From positions 123,988 to 187,987 of the forward strand of contig NMRA01000224.1 of NCBI GenBank assembly GCA_002633005.1: a DNA stretch of 64,000 bases, written 5' to 3'. Made by a program: the position numbers and the translations under genes. This document shows positions 11,701-23,700 of the stretch, piece by piece (position 1 is the first letter of the stretch; each line of letters begins with the position of its first letter). Under the pieces are notes generated by a model. That model saw only the letters and a program-made list of their open reading frames with translations, did no database searches and was not told the DNA's origin. This DNA comes from Phoronis australis. Its lineage: Eukaryota > Animalia > Phoronida.

Positions 11701-14700
11701 AAATATGGAAAACAGACGAGACGATTGACAATAAATTATTCCAACCTTGGCCAGGTGGAAATCCCTATTGTTTGATTATCCATCAAAGCAACAGGTTTGC
11801 TGATGAGATGACATTGAATTAAGGATCATCTATATGTCATGTCAGTAATGCTTGTTGATATCCGAGCATCAGGGCTCGACATAACGAGCTGCAGGTCGCA
11901 TTTGCGACCTGAAATTTGGAAATGCGAGCTGAGATTTTTGTCAGGTCGTATCAAGTCGCAAAATGCGACCTGGAATTTCCAACGAATGCGAGCTGAGTTT
12001 TTACACTTCTCAACAGATACCTGGCAAATACAAAGCAGCTCTTGTTAATCCGACCGTTATTTGGTTGTTGCCAAATACAAGTTCAAAAGAACACTAAATG
12101 AGAACAGCCCTCCCGATGACTTGTAAGCAAGTCGCATGAACATGGGATATGCAGAATCGATCTTTGACGCGTTTCATTGGCTAACACTTTCGGCCACTTG
12201 TAAATTCCCGGATTCGCCGAAGAAAGTTTCGGGCCACTGCTTAACAACAACAGTGTTTCTATTAATTCTTAAGCGATCAACTTACCAAACTTTGTGGTGG
12301 ACAAAAATATTTATTTTTCACAGAAGATGTCCTTATTACATGTACCAAATATCCACGACAATATCCCTGATCGCACTGCGGCACCGTTAACGCGCACGCA
12401 CTCCCGGCAGACAATCGTGACTTAGACTGAGATGTGCTTCTCCTTTTTATCGTATAAAGACAGCCAAAGTGAAAATGACAACCTTATTAATCGCCAAACG
12501 ACGGTCACGTCTTTACTTTCAGTTGCCAAGAAATTCTCAAACCCTTTACTTGTTTCTGGGGCTACGTTGCCAACGTAAAGTGTAGGCCTACTCCAGCGAT
12601 TCAAGTGCGTGAACTCACGCGTGCGCACCACTTCAAAGAACAGCAACAGTCCTAAATGAAAGAGTATACCGTCTTGGCTCTGGTTTATTTGAAATTGAAC
12701 TCAGATTCCCAGCGGTTATAAAAGACCCGATGTCCCGGGACTGATATAACCCAGAACTGACGTTTTCCTGTTACGATGTTTCCCGAGGTCGATGTTCTGT
12801 AAACCCTGTATTCTATGCCCGTAGCCAGCTACTGCAACTAAACTGGCACTAGATGCGAAATTGTGGTTCAAGTTAGTGAACATTTCATTCTTCNNNNNNN
12901 NNNNNNNNNNNNNNNNNNNNNNNNNNNNNNNNNNNNNNNNNNNNNNNNNNNNNNNNNNNNNNNNNNNNNNNNNNNNNNNNNNNNNNNNNNNNNNNNNNNN
13001 NNNNNNNNNNNNNNNNNNNNNNNNNNNNNNNNNNNNNNNNNNNNNNNNNNNNNNNNNNNNNNNNNNNNNNNNNNNNNNNNNNNNNNNNNNNNNNNNNNNN
13101 NNNNNNNNNNNNNNNNNNNNNNNNNNNNNNNNNNNNNNNNNNNNNNNNNNNNNNNNNNNNNNNNNNNNNNNNNNNNNNNNNNNNNNNNNNNNNNNNNNNN
13201 NNNNNNNNNNNNNNNNNNNNNNNNNNNNNNNNNNNNNNNNNNNNNNNNNNNNNNNNNNNNNNNNNNNNNNNNNNNNNNNNNNNNNNNNNNNNNNGAGAGC
13301 ACTGATTCAACTTTCACGTCGGCAACTTGCCTTGCGCTCTAGAGTCTTTCAATGGCGGTCGTGAAGAACAGTAAGGCCGTACCTGCATGAATGAAGTCAA
13401 TTTTGAGATCCGAAATTTGTGAGTATTTAACGCTGCAGGTAAGAGCATAATCTAAACATTTTCTCGATGATCTAAAAAATCTATTTTGGAGCATAAAAAT
13501 GGCGGGAAAATTTTGCGACCTGGCATTTACTAATGCGAGCTGGATTTTGAAAATGCGACCTGGGATTTTGGCTAGGTCGCAAAATGCGACCTGGCGATTT
13601 TAATAGCGTCGAGCCCTGAGCATGATTTGTGGGAGAAGTTTTTTGCCTAGTTGCTGACCATAATTTTCTTTATGTCACTGGATCTTTTGAAAAATGAGAA
13701 GACAAGTTAGTGTATTTTGTAGAACTTCCTGAGTTGAAAAAACGTATAAAGTAAAATTGTGCATTCATTGTGTAAAAATCATGGCCTGATGAACTGGTTG
13801 ATACCTTCTTGTAAGAATTGATATCAAATGCGCCCAATTACGGTAAAAATTCCTGAATTTAGGACAGTGAAAAAATAAATATTTTGAACCTGACCTAAAT
13901 TTTAGAAATAGGCAACGTTGGCTGTCTGAAATTCGAGAAAAATGAGGAAGACGTCAAAATCAACGGTGTCCGAAATCTTAGAATCTATACGGTCGGCTGC
14001 CGATGTTTCGATTTGCGGTATTAGACAGTTTAAACAGCTGCACAGATTCGTGATCATTATTGGTGAAAAGAAATTCACATGTTATCCTCAAAAACTAGAC
14101 AGTGACCTCCATCTCTAGCTGACTAGAGACGGTGGTCACTATGTACTCAAAAACATAAACAGCCATCAGTTACTGAATCTGAACACAATCAACTTACCAA
14201 ATTTGGGATAGGAAATTATATATTTGTCGTGTAACAGGCCTTGACTGATTATTCGTAATATCCATTGGTGCTCAACGTCTTCACATAAACCAAACACAGA
14301 CAACACGACTGCAGTACACGTATCCCTGGTTTGCTTCTGGGCAGCGCGTGTGACATACTTATAAATCACCTGTCACTCAAACAAACCTTAGTGAAACAGC
14401 ATTCCCGCCAACAAGATACATGTAAATAAGGTCCCCGTGGTCTTTGCTTGATTATGTTTCCGGACGTTTATGAGACAATTAGAACTGTTGCTTTATGGCA
14501 CTAGGGTATATTTTTCAATCAATTAATGTTTGGAATTGGGTCAGATCACAATTTAACCGAGGTAGAGCCTACTTAGTTCTAACCGCAGAACACCACCACA
14601 CACAAGTGACTGTTCAAGTAGCCGGCTACAAGTGCATTAGCTTCTTCGCAAGCGGTTCGTCCCGATGATCTCGGCCCTTGCATTACTGGTACTGCTGTTG

Positions 14701-17700
14701 TTATTTTATCTGTCCTATGCAGTGGATTCAACTGCTGTGGCACCTCGTTAGTTTTTGAGATGACAGGTTGATTATCTCAAAAAGTGCTAGGCACAACTGG
14801 AAATTTGGCACAAAAATATGTAGCAGGGATGGATGCATTTACAGAAGTATTTTTCGTTTTGATCTGACCACCCTCTTGGCTGTTTTAATTATTGACAATA
14901 TTGAACAAGACAACTAGTTCTTGTCTGTCTATCATCTAAGTTCTTAACAGGTCATCCTGGAGGCAATTTGTTTGCAAGTGTTGGATTTTATATTTTAAAT
15001 TATGTGTTGTGGGTTGGAAAAATAAATGAAAAGTATGGGCGATGGGTACAAAATAAAAGTGCCTTCCCTTCTCCCATACATTTTTTGTTGGAACAGCCCT
15101 TAGTAGGGAGACATAAACACATATTTACAACAAGAACATTTTTAACGTATACTGCACGCCAAACTAGGACGTGGATTTTTGCTTTTCACAAAGTCTGTTT
15201 TAAGTTGATACTGAACAATATTGTTTTGCCGATTCGGGCGCATGGCATAGCGAAGGTCGAGGCACCTGGAGGAAGGTAAGTGGGCCACAGGTTCGCAGAA
15301 AAAATTTAAGCCGTGAACCCGGGTTCTGACTTGGTAACACCACAGTTTCATCACCAGTGATTATGAATTAGATGTTAATCCAAATACAAAATGTGAAACT
15401 GTGGCGATTATGCAAAAGTCGGAGAGCATAGTACATTTTGTTTGCGTAGTGAAACCGTGATCAAGCATGACAAATATTTTGAGTCTGGGATTATGACTGC
15501 CAAGAAAACGTGTGAGATATACACAAAACATCCACATTTATTTTGATAACTATAGACTGCGACATCAGTCAATACATTACACCAGTCAATACATTACACC
15601 AGTCAATACATTACACCAGTCAATACATTACACCAGTCAATACATTACACCAGTCAATACATTACACCAGTCAATACATTACACCAGTCAATACATTACA
15701 CCAGTCAATACATTACACCAGTCAAATTTATCTAAACATCATTCAACAAAGAATGGACTCACCGGAGACAGCCCAAGAGTTGTTATCTCTGCGGCGAAGG
15801 ATGTTAAAGTTGAGTCCCGATGAGTTGCCAGCAGTCACTGGTACGGTGCGCGGCTTTAGACGCTCTGCGGCTGGGTTAAAGATCTTTTATAGGCCTAACT
15901 ATCCCCAATTCCCGTACCAGGATGAATTTCAAAAAATAACTTGACTTGGCTGCGTCAGATGTGATATGCGACGTTGATGTTGAAATTGCGCCATATTTTT
16001 TATGTTGATTTCCTTTGTTGGTTTATAATTCATATATTGCAATGTAGGCATCCTGGGGAGGCTTGGATGTACTTGTGACTGTAGAGTCGTCAAAATTTAT
16101 CCATTCCCATGCTGACGATTTAACACAGCATGTATAATGACCACCCGTCGTCTTTCTTCCATGGTGTTCAATGACTGCTTTTATTTTGTAGCCGGAGAGG
16201 TCATACGAGGAAATCTTTGTGTTGATTTTTTCACCATTAGTCGCGGTACGTTACATTACACCAGTCAATACATTACACCAGTCAATACATTACACCAGTC
16301 AATACATTACACCAGTCAATACATTACACCAGTCAATACATTACACCAGTCAATACATTACACCAGTGGCAGTTTTAAACAATGTGTAAGTAAACACTGT
16401 TACTTGATGAACTTCCAAATTTACATTCAGCCCTGAGCATCATGTGAAAAAGCGCACAGTCCAAAATGTGAGAATTACGGCCAATGCCGCTAAAATTGAC
16501 GTGTCCGAAATTTGAGAAATATTGTGAATGCCAAATTCGACGTGTCTCTAATTTCAGAATCAAATAATTCAGTTTAGATTTAGGTGTCCGAAATTCGGGG
16601 GACTGTCCTAAATTCGGAAATTTTTACCGTTAAATTGTTACTGCCTCAGGTGTCAGCTCAGGTGCTCTGTTGTCTAGAGGTAAATGAAACTTTCTTGTTA
16701 GTCTACAGATTCAGTTCTCTAGCATGGAATTTCACGAGCTTTTAGCAGTACAGTCAAATTTAAATTAATATACATTTACAAAAACCTCACATTTTTTTAA
16801 CACCAAACAACAGCCTTCTCTAAATGGAGACTAAATCCAGATGTCTATCTGACTAGTTCTTTCTTTAGCACCCCTGCAGTCTTTTGTCCAGCTTCAGAAC
16901 TCACAGGCCAATTATCTTCGACCATTCAAAGAGTTACTAAGGCCATGCAACAACAAATACTAGAGAACTGAAACATAAATCCATTTTGGCTATTTTTTTG
17001 TTGTTCCTTGGGAAAAATTATCCCAAACTAACTTTTCGCGAGGAATTCAATTTCAAAAGCCATTGACAGTTCAGAAAACATCTTATTGTAGCCAACATTT
17101 TACTGCTCTGAAATGGTTGCTAATGTACTCCTCTGATTAGGACCTTAGAACAGGCCTCTTTGACACCAGGGCTGGGTTAAATAAAATTTCAAAAAAAATT
17201 ATTCACTGGATAAGTTTGATTGTCGCATGATGTCAGGTGCATTGTTCAACAATGATAATGTGGCGCTTGAGTATTTGAGGTAATTGTTAGTATGCAGTGC
17301 ATAACTTTTATGCAACTGGACCCAGCAGTTCTTGTACAAATCTATTAACCAGGTGATGTGTAAAATAATTTATTCTAGCCAATCTTTTATTGCCCTGAAA
17401 CCATTGCTCATGTGATGATTGATGTACTCCTCACAATAGGACCTTAGATCACATTTCCTGATAAACAGGCCTCTTGACACCAGCAGTTCTTGTACAGTTG
17501 TGTACATACAGTAGCTGTGTAACTGGCTCCAATTTCTAAGGAATTGTGACTCTGTTTAATATTGGAAAAACCATCTGTTACAATTATCAGTGAGCTTACA
17601 GGAAGTTGTGGATTACTGAGCAACACTATGTTTGATTGAACAGTGTGAGATATAGGGACTTTGTAGGGGGGGGGGGGGAGATTCCCAAAGGGCCCCATTA

Positions 17701-20700
17701 TGAAAAGCCCTCACGGGACCTCTTGTGGGTTCATTTTGCTGCCTGATACAGACAAAATGTATTTATATGGAAAAGGTGCCCGGCGTATCGTGACAGTTAT
17801 ACCGACATGATTCACATATCAGTGAAGGTTATAATTTTGGACGTCTTATTTAGTAGCTAATCTGCGCACAGATCTCAGAGTTGGTGTTTCAGGGGTATAT
17901 CCGAAATTTCAAAAAAGCCACATCATTGTTACCAAAATATCCTTATGTGCATCTCTTTAGACATAACGACAAAGTGGATGTTTCAGAAAGAGCTCCGAGT
18001 GGACTCTTTTTGAATCTGTGGCAAATGAGTTGTGTGGTAGTTCTGAATTGTATTGTGTAAATGTTGAGATGTGGAAATGCTCACTTAATTGTTTGTGATA
18101 GGTTATAATACATGGCATAGGTGTGTGCATGTTCTTCTGCTAGGTATACTGAACCGTGCCATTCTATCACACTGTTGTGGAGTAATTCCAATATACTTGA
18201 ATTCGCGCTACCAGACGTACTTTTATCTCGGTATAAAAATGTAGACTTTCCAAGATTACTGTACCTTTGTCTGAAGTACTTGCCTATAACCTGTTACGCC
18301 AAGCTTTATATCCATTTTTGGCATCGTTTCGTCCCATGCTGAGTATCTAATAATGCTGATTTAAAAAATAGTTTTGAAATATTTTTAGACTAAGAGTGAG
18401 TGTTGAAATTCAAATTTTATCATTCCAGACGTGGAACTCGCCTGCAATTGTTTCTCAATCCATTTCAGATTATGTTCAAGTTCTATACGTTAATTATGTT
18501 CTCTAGAGAAAGATTTGAAATCATTTCATGCATTCAGACTTCAATACGCCTTTGTGGATCTTAATTTTTATAATTGGCAAATGGTAGTATAACTACACCA
18601 TATTGATCAATAACACTTTCAATTCAGTCATTGTCTGAAGTAAATCACCTTGTGGGGAGGAATTCGCATCAATATTAAATGTGAATAATAATAACATGCA
18701 TTGTCAACAAACAATTTAATTGATTGGAAACATGAAGTTGTCACTGTCAGCATGTCTCTAGACCAGTCCTGTGGTGCTGGCCCTGAATCTGTTCCCCCAC
18801 CCTGCAGTTGTCGGCATGTCTGTTGGTCAGTCCTGTAATGGAAGTCCAGGATCTATTCCATCACCATGCCCACATATACACCTTTGATGTTTTGAATATA
18901 AAGTATTTTGTAGTTTTCTTAATGATTTTCCAATCACCATCATGATAGCCTTGAAATGACTGACAATTGAGTGTTTATACATGTTTGCCTATTCAAACAC
19001 ATGTTAGACCTAATGTCTACAATGGAATTAGCATGAAAAGGCCATTCAATAAAAGCGTTTTATAGAATGTTTGAACTTGCTGTGTTTTTTACAAATTTAT
19101 AATATGTAAAACGTGAAACTTTACTATTTATTACTCATACACAATGTCATCGTAATTTTGCCGGAATTTTATGTTTGTTCACTAGAGTTTATGGGTGTTA
19201 TTCAATGATGTTTAAGTAGTCCCATTGAGCCACCATTGTACACAAGTAATGTCAATAGGCTTACCTAGATACCAAGGTTATGTGTAAAGTTAGCTTATAA
19301 CAACACAGCCTGTGTCAGGCAATTGTCAGCTATCAAGTTAGATTCACCCACAGGAGGACATTTAGAAAGAGTTCTTGTTGTGATCCAACTGGCTAGACGC
19401 ATTTTGAGGAGGCTTTAGCTGGTGTGGTGGATTGAGATAGTGTGTAGTGTTGAATATTGACTGCTGTTTCATAGTGTGCAGGGCTAAGGCTATTGCTGTG
19501 TCATTGTGGGCATGGAAGAAATGGGAAGGCTTAAGCTGGACTTGTCAAAGTTGAGCAAGCACGCTGATGCTAAACAAATTCTTGCAGAGACGATAGCCAA
19601 AATCAGAGGTTTGTCCTTGTATGGATTGTGTTAAGTAATGTCAAGTTTTATATTATTCCAGTATTTCTTGACATGTGGCCTTAGCCATTGTTCGCTATAC
19701 AAGTTGTGTATTTGCTTTTGAGAAAGTAGTTAACTCACTATGGTTATGAATTGAGCTGCTCTTTTGTTTTTGTCTTTTCCAAAATTTCTCTGTGTGTCCT
19801 TTGAAATAAGCAGTTTAGTTAGCAGTCTGCAAGTTTGGCGGCAATTCAAACCTCCAGCTATGCCCCAGCGAAAATGACAACCAATCTGTTGCACCTGATG
19901 TAGACTTGTGTATTACCTGCATGTGTACATGGTATGATCAACACAATCAATAAGGTGAATCCACCTTATGTCTGAGTTTGCAACTGATGAGAGAAAATAC
20001 GAGTACGGAATTTCTTCACTTATTTTGCACAAAAATAATTACAAAATTTTTGTTTTTTCAAAATTTTAAACGCTGATTGTTTTAATGCAAATGATACACC
20101 TTGCTGAATTTTGTGTTTGTACACAGTAGCAGTAAACAAAGTTCAAATCAGAATTACAATTTCGGAATCATTTTTTGAAATTTGACAAAATAAAATCACA
20201 TTTGTCTCCCCTTTTTGTGTGCTAAACTGGTGAAGAATGGCCGTCGCCTACTTGTAGCATGTTTAGTATCAAATGAGCTCAATATATTACTGTGCTTATA
20301 CTCGGGTATAATGTCTGTTGATTGATTTGCAGATTACAGGTTCAGAAATAATGAACTGTTTCGTCGTATGAAGGTGACGACATTTGTTCAGCTGATTCTG
20401 CAAGTGAACAGTGTCGACGCCCTGTTTGGTAAGTGTTGTGTCCCTGAAGTGTCCTTGCTAATGAACTGTTCAGTCGTATGAAGGTGATGACATTTGTAAA
20501 GCTAATTCTACTAGTGAACAGTGTCCACGTCCTGTTTGGTAAGTGTTGTGTCCCTGAAGTGTCCTTGTTAATGAACTGGTAAGTTGTATGAAAGTGATGA
20601 CATTTGTCCAGCTAATTGTGCAAGTGAACAGTGTCGACGCCATGTTTGGTAAATGTTGAGTAGTGTGTTGAGTGACCTTGTTTATTTATTAATTTAAATT

Positions 20701-23700
20701 TACCCATGAGATTCATGTTTTAAGTTGTTTGATAACGTATAAGGATTTGTCTTTAAATAGTAATTACGATTAGTAAATAGATTTCATTTTTACTTCAACT
20801 AGGTTAACTTTTTGCCCAGAAATGGTCCCACGACACAAGCCATGCCTTTGTATAGTGTTAAATACAATTTTCAATAACCTGCTACAGCAAATGAAGTTTT
20901 TAATAAGTGCGTGAATTTCGTTACAGTTCATTTGGCTTTGTCAAAGTTATGGCAAAAACCTGGAAAAAACTCAGATGGACACTAAGCCTAGATTATTGGA
21001 ATATTAACAAAAAAGTTTTACTTTGAAATTTTTGACAAGAAATATCTTTTTTTGAAAATTGCAGATATTTTGATTTTGATCACAAGCACAACCGATCGTC
21101 TGATGATAGGAAATACTTTAATTTTGAGAATTTGCTTTAGTGGTATTGACTGTACTGCATCAATTTTTCATCATTTGGGATTCTTTCAGCAAATGGACGT
21201 TTTCTTTCTCACCTGTAATTTTCTTCAACCTAGTGGAATGCATTGATTCTTAACTCCATAGTAACAATAATATCTATAGCAACAGTAGTGTAGTTATGCA
21301 ATAACTTTCCCATAAGTAATGACAAAGCCAATGCTGTCCCCTTGGAAGCATCCAGCTGTGAATGGCCTGGTGGTGATGTTATTGAACGCTGTCCATCTAT
21401 TGCTCTCTTGCACCGTGAAATGTTGTTTATGATGGCTTCTCACTGATTAGAGTAATGAAACCGACGTCATAACATTCAGTCATTCACTTTGGTTGAAATA
21501 TGGGAAACCCTTTCTGTTTACTGTTACGTTGTATGGCGATGACTTTTGACTTGAACAGTTGCAATTTATTAAAACAAGTAGTGATCCAAGTAAACAAAAT
21601 CGAAGGAACCCCTATCCAGTGGCTTAAGCCCACACAAGTACAGTGCATAAAGGCGTGTGCAAGTGGTGGCCATGTGATCATTATACGTCCGACCAAGCAT
21701 GCGCATTGATGCCCACACACGGAATTCTGTGTGTCGTTCATCATGTTTCGGCAGGGCCACTTTTCAGTCCAGGTGGTGCTGTATCAGAGGGTATCCATCT
21801 ATCTGTCCATGTCAACTTGGCCTTTGTTCTTGGCTGGTCATTTTTTGGTATAATCTCAGAAAGCCTGACAAAACTAGCACCTAAAATTTATTACTTGGCG
21901 GAAGAAGTATGTTGCTCTGACAGCAAGTTTTTTTTTCTTTTTTTTTTTCTTTTTTTTTGTTTGTTCGCTCTCTACAGGTCGCAATTCTGGTCCGATTTTC
22001 ACGAAATTTGCACACAACATGTAGATCGGGAATCACTGGAACGCTATTGTTTTTGGTCATGATCGGATACAAAATGGCGGACGTGGCGGCCATTTTGTAT
22101 CCGATTTCACAGTCAAATACTCGTAGAGGCCGCATTTTTCGACCTACATGGCTGAAAATCNNNNNNNNNNNNNNNNNNNNNNNNNNNNNNNNNNNNNNNN
22201 NNNNNNNNNNNNNNNNNNNNNNNNNNNNNNNNNNNNNNNNNNNNNNNNNNNNNNNNNNNNNNNNNNNNNNNNNNNNNNNNNNNNNNNNNNNNNNNNNNNN
22301 NNNNNNNNNNNNNNNNNNNNNNNNNNNNNNNNNNNNNNNNNNNNNNNNNNNNNNNNNNNNNNNNNNNNNNNNNNNNNNNNNNNNNNNNNNNNNNNNNNNN
22401 NNNNNNNNNNNNNNNNNNNNNNNNNNNNNNNNNNNNNNNNNNNNNNNNNNNNNNNNNNNNNNNNNNNNNNNNNNNNNNNNNNNNNNNNNNNNNNNNNNNN
22501 NNNNNNNNNNNNNNNNNNNNNNNNNNNNNNNNNNNNNNNNNNNNNNNNNNNNNNNNNNNNNNNNNNNNNNNNNNNNNNNTAGTTCATTATATGCTCTCTA
22601 TTTGATTTCTTCGCTAGTCACATGAATGTTACCGTGTTATCCATTATTGCCGCCTTGATCGTCATGATTGCCGTCGTCGCTCTAATTCTTTATTGTAGTT
22701 GATTGTCTGCTCTCTATTTGATTTCTTCGCTAGTCACATTAATGTTACCATGTTATCGTCTTATTCATAATTGCCGCCGTGATCGTCTTGATTGTCGTCG
22801 TCTCCCTCATCGTCGTCTTTTCGATTAGTTCCGCCAAGTGTCGCTCCTCCGAGCGCTCTCGTTGCTTTTTTCGCTTTTCAAAGATTTCTCGCATTACTGA
22901 GAATGGCCACATGTTTTCGAAATATTGTCTGTTGGTTTGTGTAGCTTTAGTACCAAACCTGGTTGTATTAAATATGGAAAATGAAAAAATTTCAGTTACC
23001 TGTCTTTTTGTGTTCTGAAATGGTGAGATTTTACCGCTCAGGGGATTGGTAGAATGTTCTTATTCCGTGCCTGGGCAGATTGCGGTATCCTGAAGTGCAT
23101 TCTGTTCAGACCCAATTTGTTATTTGAAAATCTCGGAAAAACATGCAAAAAGTCACGTGAATGAAATGCCAATGTTGCTTGACACCTTGCTAGTGTTTGG
23201 CTTGCAAAATGTTGGCTTCCGAAGTGATTTATCAGTGAGGTTAGAATTTTCAATTTATGGGTTGTGATCAGAAATTCAAGAGTCTTTGAATAGAATTCAG
23301 TGTTTTTTCTTCCTTAAGCAGTGATTTCTTGCCACAAATATGTGACTAGTGTCTTGGGTCCATGGAACACAGCCATGATGGCCTCCGAAATGGGAGATTA
23401 AATATTTATAGACTGAGGTAATGGTCTGTAATGAATGTTCTCCATGGTAACTTATGATTTTCTAGCTGGTGGAGACAGGCCTGAAACTGGTTTAACTGAA
23501 GAGGAACTGGGCCGCCTTCAGACAGCCAGCAGTATAGCTCTTACAGACGAGGATTATGGGAAACCACCTGATTCTGCACGCTCAACATTAGAAAGGTATA
23601 GTAGGACAGAAAGCACTGATTTAAGTTTTAAGAAACACATAAGTTGGTTTGAAATTGAAGTCAAAACCTTCATGTACCTCATCAGCTTGTTCCAGACATT

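Larger units (their letters stand above)
13841..16629. mobile_element. TA-flanked non-autonomous DNA element (Tc1/mariner-pogo-like ends), 2.8 kb, carrying two 17-bp minisatellite arrays
   Basis: ~28-bp TIRs TA|CGGTAAAAATTCCTGAATTTAGGACAGT and ACTGTCCTAAATTCGGAAATTTTTACCG|TTA, with subterminal GTGTCCGAAAT repeats. No transposase ORF seen. Confidence 0.75.

Noticed and set aside
15512-16436. Repetitive ORFs ([17 protein letters not shown]) or a CRISPR-like array
   Set aside because: Translations of a spacer-less 17-bp minisatellite in a eukaryotic intron.
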